From an uncultured virus (IMG/VR IMGVR_UViG_2061766007_000545) (Duplodnaviria > Heunggongvirae > Uroviricota > Caudoviricetes), in IMG/VR virus record IMGVR_UViG_2061766007_000545: a DNA stretch of 64,000 nt; one strand, given 5' to 3'. A program made the position numbers and the translations under genes. The notes under the pieces were generated by a model. That model made no database searches, was not told where the DNA came from, and saw only the letters and a list, made by a program, of their open reading frames with translations. The number at the start of each line of letters is the position of its first letter. The first letter of the stretch is position 1. Of the stretch, positions 9,839 to 20,728 are shown in pieces.

Positions 9839-11399
9839 TTCCGTTTAAATCCTTTAAAAATTCCTTACACTCAATATATTTATCATCTTCCCAATTCTGA
9901 ATGTCATAAGCTGCACCGGCAAAGAAATCTTCAATCGCTTCAAGATTTGCATTCGTTACAAACAAATCTTTCTTCTTCATTCTTCCTAAATCAACAATTG
10001 ACCAAATTCTAACTTGGCTCCAACGTCCTTCACGAACTTTAAAGATATCAGTTACGCAATTAGGGACTCCATACTTAGATAACAAACCCGCTTCTTCCAA
10101 TAACTCTAATTCTTCTTTAGAAGGTCGTGCCATGATTGCGCCATTGTCTGCTTTATTAATTGTACTACGTCCGCCAGCTAATGAAGCTTCATTTCTAATT
10201 GTTGTTGTACTATCTGCACTTGCATTAACCTGAGTTGAAGTAAACATTGCAACATTTAATTCAACAGCCAAATCTTTAAGTGCCGTAGCCATCATTAGAA
10301 GGACTTCATCATTTCTTAAACTAAATCCTTGGAACTCGCGCAATACTGCCGGTCCAATAAAGATATAATCAAAGAAAACGCAACTTATATCTTTTGTTAA
10401 GCAATTTTCACGAACCATCAACTTTATTGATTCAATTGTGGGGTTTGGCATCTTTACAATTATAAAGTTCGAAGCATATTGATCAACAACTCTTTTTGCT
10501 TCTAACAATAATGTCATTTCTTCTTCAGAAAAATGACCATACTTAAAGCGTGAATCATCCATATCTGTAAGATAAGCAAGAATCATTTTTCTAATTTGTT
10601 TAAAAGTTTGCTCTGTTATGATAAAAAGAACTTTCTCATTACCACCAGTCATAACCCACTGACTCTTATAACTATCATAACGAATCGGATAAGCAAGATA
10701 GCAGGCGTCTGCTACCGCTTGACGCGTCTTACCTAAACCAGATGCTCCACTTCGGATCGTAAGCACACTTCTGCGCGCCCCACCTATAATTTCGTTATAT
10801 ATTGCACCTTGAACGGCTGGACCAACTTCAATATCATCATTTAACTCATTAATAAAGTCAAGAAAGTTATCTGCCGCGCTTTCCTCTTGGACTTCTTCTG
10901 ATTGCGCGTACTCATTCTCTAATTTTAGAAGTTTCTTTTTAACTAATGCACAAATATCTTGAGTTGTCAGCTCTTCGAAACGCGCATTAATTTCTGTTGC
11001 GCGCTTATCAGTTAAATCCTCGCAATAATAATCAGTGATGTCAAAACCTTGTTTCTTTAAATCCTTTAAAAGATTTAACTTTTTTAACTTACTATAATAG
11101 TAGTTAAAATTATCTTCAGAACTTAGCTCTATAATGTCCTGAAGATACTCTATACCATTTTGATTTTCAAATGTTGCCTTAGCTGCATCATTTGTACTCA
11201 AATAATTTTCAATATCAATAGGGCTTATGTCACTCGCGCCCTGTTCATACAAACCTAAGATTGCAGAGAAGATATACTTTTCAAACTTTGACGAAAAATC
11301 CATTATCGTTAGTTTATACTTATCTACTTCACTTAGGAATTGAGGTCGATGCATAAGTCCGCCTAATACCTGCTGTATAACCGATTTATCCGAAAGCAT
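9831..11399 (-). CDS. dnaB: Replicative DnaB-like helicase
   Basis: Walker A GASGLGKT, FFDYI Walker B, TSTQVN, KADNG. Confidence 0.88.
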   Translation of the reverse strand: MLSDKSVIQQVLGGLMHRPQFLSEVDKYKLTIMDFSSKFEKYIFSAILGLYEQGASDISPIDIENYLSTNDAAKATFENQNGIEYLQDIIELSSEDNFNYYYSKLKKLNLLKDLKKQGFDITDYYCEDLTDKRATEINARFEELTTQDICALVKKKLLKLENEYAQSEEVQEESAADNFLDFINELNDDIEVGPAVQGAIYNEIIGGARRSVLTIRSGASGLGKTRQAVADACYLAYPIRYDSYKSQWVMTGGNEKVLFIITEQTFKQIRKMILAYLTDMDDSRFKYGHFSEEEMTLLLEAKRVVDQYASNFIIVKMPNPTIESIKLMVRENCLTKDISCVFFDYIFIGPAVLREFQGFSLRNDEVLLMMATALKDLAVELNVAMFTSTQVNASADSTTTIRNEASLAGGRSTINKADNGAIMARPSKEELELLEEAGLLSKYGVPNCVTDIFKVREGRWSQVRIWSIVDLGRMKKKDLFVTNANLEAIEDFFAGAAYDIQNWEDDKYIECKEFLKDLNGND

Positions 11400-11944
11400 T
11401 ATTCGTCCTCCATCTCCTCAATTTTACTCAAATCAACTGAATTCTTTTTCTTTTGTTTTCTTGGTCGCATATGAATAATATGCTCCCGGTTCTCTGCTTG
11501 GCGTACTTGGTCTTCTATCTTTTTAACCAAGTCGGCTTCTATTTTATTACGATTAATCCAATACTTACAAGATTCATCATAAATATAAGGAACAATTCCT
11601 ATACCACCCTCCGCGCGCTCGCCGTTGCCTTTTTTCACATTATAAAAATAACGAAGCGCAAAATAAATGCCCTTCGAAGTCATTTTCTTTGTTAAAAAAC
11701 TCTGCCATTGAGCATTAAACTTTAGAAAATCCAAATCTAAACGATGCTCCTTATGCAGAAGGCGCCAACCCGCATCAAACCAAAGGTTATCATCAATTTC
11801 TGATTCAATACTAACCGCTTTTTTACCAAAGTCCTCATAACATTTTTTGTGGTAGTACCAGTTCTTCGATGGCATAACCCATTCTGCAGTAGCGGTATCA
11901 AACTTTTCTCTACACACTCTACAAGTAACAATATGCTGAGCCAT
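11399..11944 (-). CDS. Hypothetical Zn-finger protein, possible helicase loader/partner
   Basis: Start moved to ATG 11944 (AGGAG RBS, promoter upstream); CRVC..HKKC; coupled to dnaB. Confidence 0.6.
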   Translation of the reverse strand: MAQHIVTCRVCREKFDTATAEWVMPSKNWYYHKKCYEDFGKKAVSIESEIDDNLWFDAGWRLLHKEHRLDLDFLKFNAQWQSFLTKKMTSKGIYFALRYFYNVKKGNGERAEGGIGIVPYIYDESCKYWINRNKIEADLVKKIEDQVRQAENREHIIHMRPRKQKKKNSVDLSKIEEMEDE

Positions 11945-11974
11945 TTCAAAACTCCTTTCTACTTTTCTATAATA

Positions 11975-12003
11975 ATTATACCACAATTTTCTTAAAAAAT
12001 CAA
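11975..12003 (-). promoter_or_regulatory. Sigma-A-type promoter (helicase/primase operon)
   Basis: TTGATT-17-TATAAT with TG extension. Confidence 0.8.
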
Positions 12004-12004
12004 A

Positions 12005-12031
12005 TTTGGGGTGTCGCATTGACACCCCAAA
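12005..12031 (-). terminator. Probable intrinsic terminator
   Basis: TTTGGGGTGTC-GCATT-GACACCCCAAA. Confidence 0.65.
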
Positions 12032-12041
12032 CAATTCTACC

Positions 12042-13028
12042 TTATTTAAGTTCGCCTACAAGAGAACGCATTTCACTAATAACCAATTCATAAAGATCAA
12101 CTTGGTTTTCGCTAATTTCTGACAAACGCATCGGCTTACCAAAAATAGTTTCAATTCTCTTTAATACACGACTTTCCATTTCTGCATTTTGTTCTTCATT
12201 ATCAGTTGAAGTAAGTTTCGTCCAAAGTTCACGAGCTTCTTCTCTCAAAGCATTATAATCAAGAGCTTTCTCTTCTTTAACTTCTTGCTTATCTACTACT
12301 TTGATACCATCAATTTTCTCTTGTAGATCAATAGCCTTATTAATAGCTTCTACTAACTCGTCATAGCCAAACTTAATCTTTGGCTCAAGGTACTTAAAAC
12401 GAGAACCAGCGAATATAGTAGGTGTTTCTCTTGTATAGAGCCATCTCTCACATTCTCCGTCTTCGTTAAAAATCTTACCAATATAACCGATAATATCTAC
12501 CAAACCATTACAAATTTCAACGGCGCGCTTTGGAATTTCGGGAGAGTGATATTCAATCTCTCCGTCTTCGCTCTTACGAGTAACATCATGGGCAATAAGT
12601 ACAATACCATAACCCAGTTTCGTAATTTGACGCAAGCAGTTAGCAAATTCTTTCTTACATTCAGAATAACCGCCGCCCCAAGGGATATCTCCAATCTTCT
12701 GAACGTCATGCTGTGAACATATGAACTTTTCACACATATCCCACGCGATCGTTACCGTATCGATAACGATCGTGGAATACATCTGCTTTGCTTCTGCTTT
12801 CTCTAGCTGTTTAATAACGGCTTTAAAATCACTCCATTTATTAATATCTTGGGGACGAATACCACCAATCATATTATATCCTTTTTCAAAGGCACAAAGG
12901 AGTGTTTTCGGAAAAGAACAAGCAGCAGTTGTCTTGCCTACTTTTGGCATTCCGTAAAGCAATACGTATTTACCACGTAGGTCACGCGCGACAACACTAG
13001 GTTGAATACTAAGGATATCTATAGCCAT
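12042..13028 (-). CDS. AAA ATPase (Sak4/AAA_24-like ssDNA annealing protein)
   Basis: YGMPKVGKTT, TIVIDT, LIAH; downstream of SSB-like gene. Confidence 0.8.
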   Translation of the reverse strand: MAIDILSIQPSVVARDLRGKYVLLYGMPKVGKTTAACSFPKTLLCAFEKGYNMIGGIRPQDINKWSDFKAVIKQLEKAEAKQMYSTIVIDTVTIAWDMCEKFICSQHDVQKIGDIPWGGGYSECKKEFANCLRQITKLGYGIVLIAHDVTRKSEDGEIEYHSPEIPKRAVEICNGLVDIIGYIGKIFNEDGECERWLYTRETPTIFAGSRFKYLEPKIKFGYDELVEAINKAIDLQEKIDGIKVVDKQEVKEEKALDYNALREEARELWTKLTSTDNEEQNAEMESRVLKRIETIFGKPMRLSEISENQVDLYELVISEMRSLVGELK

Positions 13029-13053
13029 ACTATGTTACCTCCCTAGTATTAAA

Positions 13054-13944
13054 TTAAAAACCGAAGTCCTTCTTTTCCTGAGGCTTAACTGCCGGTTTAG
13101 CAGAACCCTCATTTTCCTTCATGGCGTTAAGACGAGCCTGACGATCGGCAATTCCCTTAGAAACTTCTGCAGGGTCAAGTCTGTTTTCGTCATCTTCGCT
13201 CAACGAATTACTACCACCAGTAATAATAAGCTCGCTTACAGAAATAGTGCGCTCATACTCTTCGTCATCACCAAAGTCCATCTTACGGACAACAGTCTCA
13301 GTACGGGAACTAAAGTTCAACTTACCCTTAACAGTTACAGTATCGCCATCTTCCCACATACTAACGCCTTCTTTTGCCTTTGCGCTTTCAACAATAAAAG
13401 GAACAACGTCTACAGCGCCGCCGTACTGAACAATAGCGCCATTTACAATAAGACGACCGGTCTCATTCTCTTCCTTGTCAAGCTCTTCCTTACGAGAGCC
13501 AACCATAAATGTAATATTGAAACTTGCCTCAGGCTTGCAATCTTCTTTCTTAATCTTTGTAAAGAAGGAAGCATTAACACGAGGAAATGAAACGAGCTTA
13601 CCATTCTTATAGTAGTCATTCATTCTAATATTACCACTAGTAATACGGATTCTATCGGCGGAAGCCTCGTCAGAAGCCGCAATACTAACGAAATCTGTCA
13701 TAACTTTCTTAGCGGACTCATAAGCCGGATTCGGACTACCAGAGTTAGTATACTGACCAGCGAATACCTGTACCGGTACCTCAAGGACTACGTCCTTACC
13801 ACTAATCTTTGTATCAACACGAACCTTTACGGTACCCTTAATGCAAGGTACATCGGCTCCATTCTTCTTAAAAGTAGCGTCCTGCAAATCAATCTCAGAT
13901 ACAATTCCTTCAACTCTTACATTATTAAGTGTCTGCTTTAACAT
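13054..13944 (-). CDS. Putative single-stranded DNA-binding protein (two OB-like halves)
   Basis: NNVRVEGIV start, GDTVTVKGKL, C-terminal DFGF tail, replication-module context. Confidence 0.65.
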   Translation of the reverse strand: MLKQTLNNVRVEGIVSEIDLQDATFKKNGADVPCIKGTVKVRVDTKISGKDVVLEVPVQVFAGQYTNSGSPNPAYESAKKVMTDFVSIAASDEASADRIRITSGNIRMNDYYKNGKLVSFPRVNASFFTKIKKEDCKPEASFNITFMVGSRKEELDKEENETGRLIVNGAIVQYGGAVDVVPFIVESAKAKEGVSMWEDGDTVTVKGKLNFSSRTETVVRKMDFGDDEEYERTISVSELIITGGSNSLSEDDENRLDPAEVSKGIADRQARLNAMKENEGSAKPAVKPQEKKDFGF

Positions 13945-13990
13945 TTACTTTTTCTCCTATCTACTTTAATCATTTAATTTTGTGTGAATT

Positions 13991-14018
13991 AAAGGGGAGT
14001 TATATTTCAAACTCCCCT
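13991..14018 (-). terminator. Probable intrinsic terminator
   Basis: AGGGGAGTT/AACTCCCCT stem after wHTH gene. Confidence 0.6.
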
Positions 14019-14045
14019 AATTAACACTTGACTTACAACGCTTAA

Positions 14046-14306
14046 TTAAGCAATCTCGTAAGCCTCGCCAGCCTCAGTAAGGAATACATACTTAACCGGC
14101 TTCTCAACGCCCTCAACGGTCTTCTTCTCAGTATTAACGAGACCCTTACCGCGAGCACCACAGCCAAGACCAGTTACAACTGGAGTAAGATGCTTAGAAT
14201 CGTTGTTAAGAGCTGTGCAAAGCTCTTCCATCGTTACCTTGCCGTTTGCCTTAAGATACTCAACTACTGCCTTCTGATTTTCGGTCAACTTCTTGATTTC
14301 TGCCAT
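14046..14306 (-). CDS. Small winged-helix DNA-binding protein
   Basis: LTENQKAVVEYLK...KGLV...YVFLTEAG wHTH pattern; own promoter and terminator. Confidence 0.7.
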   Translation of the reverse strand: MAEIKKLTENQKAVVEYLKANGKVTMEELCTALNNDSKHLTPVVTGLGCGARGKGLVNTEKKTVEGVEKPVKYVFLTEAGEAYEIA

Positions 14307-14424
14307 TTTTGGTTTCTCCTTTTGGTTTAAAAAATTATTTATTATTTATTATTTAGAAAGAGGTTAAAAAGGTTTGGAGCAATAGGGACTCAAAGCAATT
14401 TCTTTCCTAACTTTCTATAATAAT

Positions 14425-14565
14425 ATTATACTAAATTTTTGGATAATTTTCAAATTTTCAGGGCTTATTTTTATGAAATTTGAAAATTCCGCAACTTAAT
14501 TAAAAGAGTTTTCTTCTCTTTTCATTTTCTAATTATATTATACTAAATTTTCTTTAATTTTTCAA
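14425..14565 (-). promoter_or_regulatory. Two tandem sigma-A-type promoters upstream of the wHTH gene
   Basis: TTGAAA-17-TATAAT at 14425-14453 and 14537-14565. Confidence 0.75.
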
Positions 14566-14568
14566 ATT

Positions 14569-16953
14569 TTAGCAGAGTGAGATTTTTATTATATTATCTG
14601 TCGGATTTAGCTTAATCGACTTATTTCCTTTCGCACCTCTTCCCAACTTCGGCACATCATCTGTCGTTAAACGAATGGTCGATCGGGTGGAGGCAATAAT
14701 TAAGTCAGATTTTTTAATAATCGGTACAAAATCTGCTGTCCAATCATTCAGTTCGAATTTTTGGATTTTTAATCCTTTTGTATTCTTTGACTGAATAGTA
14801 AATTCTGAATAATCCGTTTTCTTAAAATAGCCATTACCAGTTATAGAGATAATCTCAGTTACACCATTCGGGATGGCTCGCGCGCTAACAACGTAGTCTT
14901 CTTCGTTCAACTTAATCGCATGAACACCACGCGTTACTCGTCCAGTTTCACGAATATCATCAGAATTAATAAGTAAGAAATTACCTTGAGAGGTAAGAAT
15001 TCCTACTATTTCTTTTTCATTTACTGGAAGGACATTAGCAATTTCATCGCCACCATCTAAAGTTATAGCGCGATTACCGTTACCTCTCTTTATATTATAT
15101 TCAGAAGTTTCACTCTTTTTACCTATTCCTTTCTTTGTTAAGAATAGAAGATATTTCTTTCCATTCTTTTTGCTTAGAGAAGAAATTGTACAAATTTCCT
15201 CTGAATCTTTTATTGAGAAAAGGTTATATGGTGATACTACTTGATTTAGTACGATTTGATTTGCGGGAACGTGATAATAGTTTCCATTATTTGTAAAGAG
15301 AAGAAGTTCTTCATTCGTCTCAATATTTGCAGAAGCAATAACAAACTCATCTGCTGCAAGTTTAATCTTTGTACCTACACCACCGCGCTTCTGCGTATAA
15401 AGAGAAGATACCTCATATGCGAAAAGATTATTCTTATTCGTAAGCATTACTTGGAGAGATTTAGTCTCTACGACTTCATCATCATTCTTCGTATCAAGAT
15501 TAATAACTTTTGTACGGCGCTCATCACCAAACTTTTTAGATATTTCTTCCCAGCCATTAATAAGTTGCTGATTAAAAAGTTCGGTATCATTTAAAATTTT
15601 CTCAATTTTTCCCGCGCTTTTAATGCACTCTTCACGTTCATCTTCTAGCTTCTTTACTTCCAAATGCGATAAGCGCCCTAGCTTCATATCAAGAACGGCA
15701 TTAGCTTGGACTTCATCGAGTAAAAAGTTCTTCTGTAATGCGCTTGCTGCCGCTACTGTAGAAGCAGACTCCTTAATTGTCTTAATTACTTCGTCAATAT
15801 TAGCAAGACAAATAAGTAACCCATCAATAATATGGATTCGCGCTTTAATTTTATTTAAATCAAATTCAAACCCTCTACGATATACTTCTTTCTCATGGTC
15901 GATATGTGCCTGTAGCATTTCTTTCCAAGTAAATACCTTAGGAAAACGCCCTTTATCAAGCATTGTAAAATTAATTCCAAAATAAGATTGAAGTGAGGTA
16001 TTCTTATAAAGATAGCGCAAAACCTTATCAGGATTAGCTGTTTTAGATAAATAAATTTTTATCAATACCGTTTTTCCTGTTAAGTCTACAACTGGCTTTT
16101 CCCCATTCTTTGCATCGGGTCTATCAATACCTGGATTATCATCGCTATTTACTATTTCTTCCAATTGCTTACAAATAGTATTTGTATAAACAGAATAAGG
16201 AATTTCCGTAACTTCAAAGCATCTTTCTTTTGAGTTATATTCAACTACACTTCTTAACTTACAAGCGGCACCATATCCATCACGCATTGAATCCTTTACT
16301 TCTTTTTCATTATATAGAATCGCGCCCGTTGCAAAGTCTGGCGCGCAATAAATATCATCAAAAGAACAATCGGGATTTTTAAGTAAAGTAATAAGAGCGT
16401 TATTTAGTTCCTTTAGATTGTACTGAGGTACAGAAGAAGCCATACCTACTGCAATACCCATTGTGCCATTACAAATATTATAGAATCCTTTTGTAGGAAG
16501 AACAGCGGGGTATTGTTTTGTATTATCGTAGTTATCGCGCCATTCAGAAATAGTATCTTTATTGATGTCATCAAACATATGTCCCATCAATTTTGAAAGA
16601 CGGGACTCCGTATATCGCATAGCTGCCCAGTTGCCGGACTCAATAAGAGAACCCTTATTACCCTTTACTTCAACCAAAGGATAGCGCATCGCAAAAGGCT
16701 GACCAGCGCGCATTATAATTCCTTCGCAAGATGAGTCACCATGGATATAAAAGTCTGCCATCGCCATACCTACAGCATTAGCAGTCTTCTTATGCGGTTT
16801 ATCACTTGTAAGTTTATGTAGAAGCATTGAATAAAAAATCTGACGAGAAGAAGGTTTTAGTCCATCTCTTACATCAACCAGTGCGCGATTTTGAAGCACC
16901 GCACCTGCATATCCAATAAAACTATCTTCAATTACCGGTTTTAAATTACTCAT
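14569..16953 (-). CDS. gyrA: DNA gyrase/type IIA topoisomerase subunit A
   Basis: DVRDGLKP, HGDSS, AAMRYTE catalytic Tyr, GyrA-box-like QKRGGVG, beta-pinwheel repeats. Confidence 0.93.
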   Translation of the reverse strand: MSNLKPVIEDSFIGYAGAVLQNRALVDVRDGLKPSSRQIFYSMLLHKLTSDKPHKKTANAVGMAMADFYIHGDSSCEGIIMRAGQPFAMRYPLVEVKGNKGSLIESGNWAAMRYTESRLSKLMGHMFDDINKDTISEWRDNYDNTKQYPAVLPTKGFYNICNGTMGIAVGMASSVPQYNLKELNNALITLLKNPDCSFDDIYCAPDFATGAILYNEKEVKDSMRDGYGAACKLRSVVEYNSKERCFEVTEIPYSVYTNTICKQLEEIVNSDDNPGIDRPDAKNGEKPVVDLTGKTVLIKIYLSKTANPDKVLRYLYKNTSLQSYFGINFTMLDKGRFPKVFTWKEMLQAHIDHEKEVYRRGFEFDLNKIKARIHIIDGLLICLANIDEVIKTIKESASTVAAASALQKNFLLDEVQANAVLDMKLGRLSHLEVKKLEDEREECIKSAGKIEKILNDTELFNQQLINGWEEISKKFGDERRTKVINLDTKNDDEVVETKSLQVMLTNKNNLFAYEVSSLYTQKRGGVGTKIKLAADEFVIASANIETNEELLLFTNNGNYYHVPANQIVLNQVVSPYNLFSIKDSEEICTISSLSKKNGKKYLLFLTKKGIGKKSETSEYNIKRGNGNRAITLDGGDEIANVLPVNEKEIVGILTSQGNFLLINSDDIRETGRVTRGVHAIKLNEEDYVVSARAIPNGVTEIISITGNGYFKKTDYSEFTIQSKNTKGLKIQKFELNDWTADFVPIIKKSDLIIASTRSTIRLTTDDVPKLGRGAKGNKSIKLNPTDNIIKISLC

Positions 16954-16956
16954 TCT

Positions 16957-17337
16957 TTACTCCCTTACTGTACTAAAGTCAATATTATTCATAATAAAGT
17001 TTTTGCGAGGTTCAACCGCTTCGCCCATTAAATCATAAAGTAGTGTCATTGCTTCTTCAGAATATTCAAGTACTTCAAGACGCTGATATTGTTCGGTAAA
17101 CATTGAAGCATGTGCAGTTTCTTCGGGTAATTCACCTAAACCTTTCGCACGGGTAACTGTTCCCTTAATATCTTTTCTTACTTTATTAAATTCTTCATCA
17201 GTAAAGTAGTAAGACTCAGTTCCTTTATTATCTACGATATAAAGAGGTGAGCGCAACCAACATAAGCGTCCTTCTTTAATAAACTGAGGCGCGACGCGAT
17301 AAAGCAAAGCCATTATAAGTAAACCTATATGACTACC
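16957..17337 (-). CDS. gyrB: DNA gyrase subunit B, exon 2
   Basis: GSHI...SPLY...RAKGLGE; completes TOPRIM motif DADSD|GSHI. Confidence 0.92.
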   Translation of the reverse strand, partial: GSHIGLLIMALLYRVAPQFIKEGRLCWLRSPLYIVDNKGTESYYFTDEEFNKVRKDIKGTVTRAKGLGELPEETAHASMFTEQYQRLEVLEYSEEAMTLLYDLMGEAVEPRKNFIMNNIDFSTVRE

Positions 17338-18370
17338 CACGTTATTCCATTATTTCTAACGGCGCTGACTATATGTTACTCACAAATGTGAGAATACTCT
17401 TTCCACCTACGTACCAATAGTAAGTGTACTTCCCTTCCGGGGAATAGTCGATACAGGCTTCATTTATTAACCCAAACTTTTTGTTTCTTTTTGTATATTG
17501 GGAGGTCTTTATAGGTGCGGCCCCACAATATTTGTTGTAGTGTATTATAACTACATCTATCTTCAAAATCTTTATAAATGGTTCGTGCATCTTCATTTAC
17601 ATAACGCTCTCGTATTTGAAGAACCTCTTCATTTGAAAATTTCGCGTTATCAGAATTGGCACCATCAGTTGCATGATATTTATAGAAGTTTTTATTTTCT
17701 TCTGTATAAACTTCCATTTTAATATCTTTCCAAGTACTGCCATCCCATATAGAGGCAAAACCATAAAAACTTATTTTATTTTGAAACTTTTGATATACAT
17801 CACGTCGGCGCATATGTGCATCATAACATTCTCTGATGTAAGCTACATCTTCATTTGTTAAATTTGTGCGTCCATTATTTTCACCACGATTATTTCCTCC
17901 GCCTTCACTGCAATTATAACCAAAACCTTTATAAGTGTTATAAAAGGCAACCCAATATTTTTCTCGTTCATCAAGTTGTTCTAATGAACATTCTTCAATG
18001 ACTTGAAAATCAAAGGCGTCGGCGCCATACTTTCTAATAGCAATATCAATCGGTATATCAGTTTTTGTTTTATGTTCGGAAAATCTTCGTTCAATATTAT
18101 TACTTTGTCCGATATATGATTTTCCATTTTCTTTTTTTGTTATTTTATATATGCCTATCATCGCGGCACCTCCACAATTTTAGGCTTGGGTTAATTCTGA
18201 TTCCCACGGGATCTGCATGCCCACAAGGGGTTTAGCTTTTCTTACCACCATAACCTTCCGGTTTAGTTGCCCGTTAGCCTTCTAAATATAGTAGAATATG
18301 TAAACCATCACTACATTATTTTGAAGACCCCGCTGGTTAGCGGTAAAGTATTTACAGACAGTTTTTATTT
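17338..18370 (-). mobile_element. Group I intron in gyrB
   Basis: Exon 1 ends in U (CAGAU) and pairs with internal guide GUCUG including a U-G wobble; P7 pair GACUA/UAGUC (17445-17449, 17367-17371) in R- and S-like contexts; terminal G at 17338; removal restores frame. Confidence 0.9.
17460..18161 (-). CDS. Intron-encoded GIY-YIG homing endonuclease
   Basis: MIGIYKIT...SYIGQS..R...H, GYN motif; lies inside the intron. Confidence 0.92.
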   Translation of the reverse strand: MIGIYKITKKENGKSYIGQSNNIERRFSEHKTKTDIPIDIAIRKYGADAFDFQVIEECSLEQLDEREKYWVAFYNTYKGFGYNCSEGGGNNRGENNGRTNLTNEDVAYIRECYDAHMRRRDVYQKFQNKISFYGFASIWDGSTWKDIKMEVYTEENKNFYKYHATDGANSDNAKFSNEEVLQIRERYVNEDARTIYKDFEDRCSYNTLQQILWGRTYKDLPIYKKKQKVWVNK

Positions 18371-19867
18371 ATCTGAATCTGCATCGGTACAGATAGCCAC
18401 TTTTCCATAACGAAGCTTTTTACCATCGTATTTGTCTGGTACAATATTCATCGCACTAAGGAAAAGTTTTACCTCTTCGTTTTGAAAGGTTTTTTCATCA
18501 GGGTTAGATAGCGCATTAATAATTTTACCACGAATTGCAAGCAATCCATACTTCTTATAATCTCTCGCCTGCGCCATTCCTCCAAGAGCGGAATCTCCCT
18601 CTACGATAAGTAGAATTGAATCCTGTCCAAGAAATTCTGCGTCTTTAAGTTTATCAGAAGCAAAAACCTTTTTCTTTTGATTCTTTTCTACTTCTTTTGA
18701 AGCATTCATTATCTGTTCGCGCGCTTTAGCGGCCGCTGCATCAGCTTTAATCTCTTTCTCAAAAGTCTTTAGAATATTTTCAAATTCATTAGGGTATTTT
18801 TTCGTAAATTCCTCGAACATTTTCGTAGTTAAACGCTGACACAACCCGCGCAATTCAGGATTCGTAATCTTACTTTTTGTCTGTCCATCATAAATTGGAT
18901 CCTTAAGGTTTACCGAGCAAATATATTCAAGTCCTCTACGAAGAACATCCGCATCATATTCTCCCTTTGCTTTTACTTGCTTCTTTAGAAAGTTTGTGAT
19001 AGAAGTCTTAATGCCCGTAATTGGTGTGCCACCGTTTGGATTTTCTCCACCATTTGAGAAGAGATAAAAGTTTTCTTTACCAGATGCCGTCCACTGCATT
19101 ATAATCTCTACATCAATATCATTTTCCGAAGCTTTAATATAAAGAGGATGAGCATGGATAGGTTTACTAATTTTTTCTTTTGCAAAGTCGCGCAAACCTT
19201 CTTTACTCATATATTTATTTACTTTTTTCGTATTAGCATCAGTTACGATAAAAGTAATACCGGGATTAAAGTAGGAATATTCCTTCATCAACTCGCAGAT
19301 TTCATCGTAATCAAAGTTAATCGGTTCTGATTTAAAGACTTCCTGAGAGGGCTTATAGATTATATATGTACCCTGCGCCTGACCGTTAAGAGGCTTTTTC
19401 TGACACTCTGTCCATTTCGGTATACCTTTTTCAAACTCCATATACCATTCGGCGCCATCACGATAACTCGAAATCTTAAACCAATCAGAAGAACAGCAAG
19501 TTGCGGCTGAACCAGTACCATTAAGTCCACGGCTCTTTCCACCATACGCGTTATCATTAAATTTTGCACCGGAATGATTTTCAGTAAGAAGGTTAATCAT
19601 TACTTCTTTTGAAAAGCTATTCTGTCCGTGTGGCATTCCACGACCATAGTCACGACAACTTGCCCAATCTTTTCCAACTACTATTTCTATTTTTGTAGCA
19701 TCTTTACAAACCAAACCCTCATCAGTTGCATTATTGACTAACTCAAGAAGTCCAGCAATAACACCGGTATGGTCTGCACTACCCAAATAGATACCAATAC
19801 GAGAGCGTACGCCTTCTCGGAAAGTCAACTGTTGAACCGATGAGGCATCATAAATTTCTTGTGCCAT
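18371..19867 (-). CDS. gyrB: DNA gyrase subunit B, exon 1
   Basis: GHKL ATPase ELVNNATDE, DYGRGMP, GLNGTG; VEGDSA, IRGKIIN, TDADSD then stop. Confidence 0.93.
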
Positions 19868-19894
19868 TTATTCCTCTCCTTTCAATTTTCTTCT

Positions 19895-19923
19895 ATTATA
19901 AAAAATTTTTTAGAAAAGTTCAA
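19895..19923 (-). promoter_or_regulatory. Sigma-A-type promoter (gyrB)
   Basis: TTGAAC-17-TATAAT. Confidence 0.72.
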
Positions 19924-20639
19924 ATTTTCTTTTTCCATCCGTCATATTTTGTCCAAAGTTTATTATGGACACAGTTTTTATCCCAAGCCTTAAAGGGAGT
20001 AGTATGAATTATAGCTCCCATGCCTGGTTCACCACCAGTAAATCGGCAGTTATTAAAGCGATTTGAAATATACTTTACCCTACCTTTGCACGCAATATTT
20101 AATGCGTCTTGGTCAGGATAAGGAAGCTGTCGAGTATTTATAATCTCTAAAACTTCATCATCCATTCCCTCGTCTCTTAATGCCTTTAGATTCAAAAGAC
20201 AAACTCCAGTATTGAAGTATGGATCTGAGTATTCCCGAGTTACATGACGATATGCGCCGCCTCTATTTTTATCCTCTGGAACTACACAAAGTAAATTCCC
20301 TTCAAAGTCAGTATTCCAAAGTTCAGATATATCTCTAATAAAAAGAGTATCTATATCCACATAAAGAACCTTATCTTCTAAGAGATATTTTGACGCATAA
20401 CAGCGCACAAATGACATACGACTAAAGACAGTATTATAATTAGGACTTTCTTTTGAAAGATAGGGCGTCATTTTATCTAAATTTACTACTCTGACGCGTG
20501 GATCTAATTCATAAGGAAATTCATCATCCTCAATAAATAAATAGACGCGCTCTACATTTTGATTTGTCTGAAATAGACTCTCCAATGTTGCTGGCGCGAC
20601 ATCATATAAATTTCTTGTGATACAAAACATTAAAGTCAT
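19920..20639 (-). CDS. Glycosyltransferase family 8
   Basis: KVLYVDIDT, YFNTGV, DQDALN; start moved to ATG 20639 downstream of promoter. Confidence 0.88.
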   Translation of the reverse strand: MTLMFCITRNLYDVAPATLESLFQTNQNVERVYLFIEDDEFPYELDPRVRVVNLDKMTPYLSKESPNYNTVFSRMSFVRCYASKYLLEDKVLYVDIDTLFIRDISELWNTDFEGNLLCVVPEDKNRGGAYRHVTREYSDPYFNTGVCLLNLKALRDEGMDDEVLEIINTRQLPYPDQDALNIACKGRVKYISNRFNNCRFTGGEPGMGAIIHTTPFKAWDKNCVHNKLWTKYDGWKKKI

Positions 20640-20670
20640 AGAACTGTCTCCTATTCCATTTTCTATATAA

Positions 20671-20699
20671 ATTATACCATAATTTCGATAAAAAGTCAA
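20671..20699 (-). promoter_or_regulatory. Sigma-A-type promoter (GT8)
   Basis: TTGACT-17-TATAAT. Confidence 0.8.
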
Positions 20700-20728
20700 A
20701 TTTAGAAAGTAAAGGAGTAGACTTATGT

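Noticed and set aside
16957..19867. gyrB pseudogene or intein
   Set aside because: An in-frame stop right after exon 1 excludes an intein; group I intron hallmarks restore the frame
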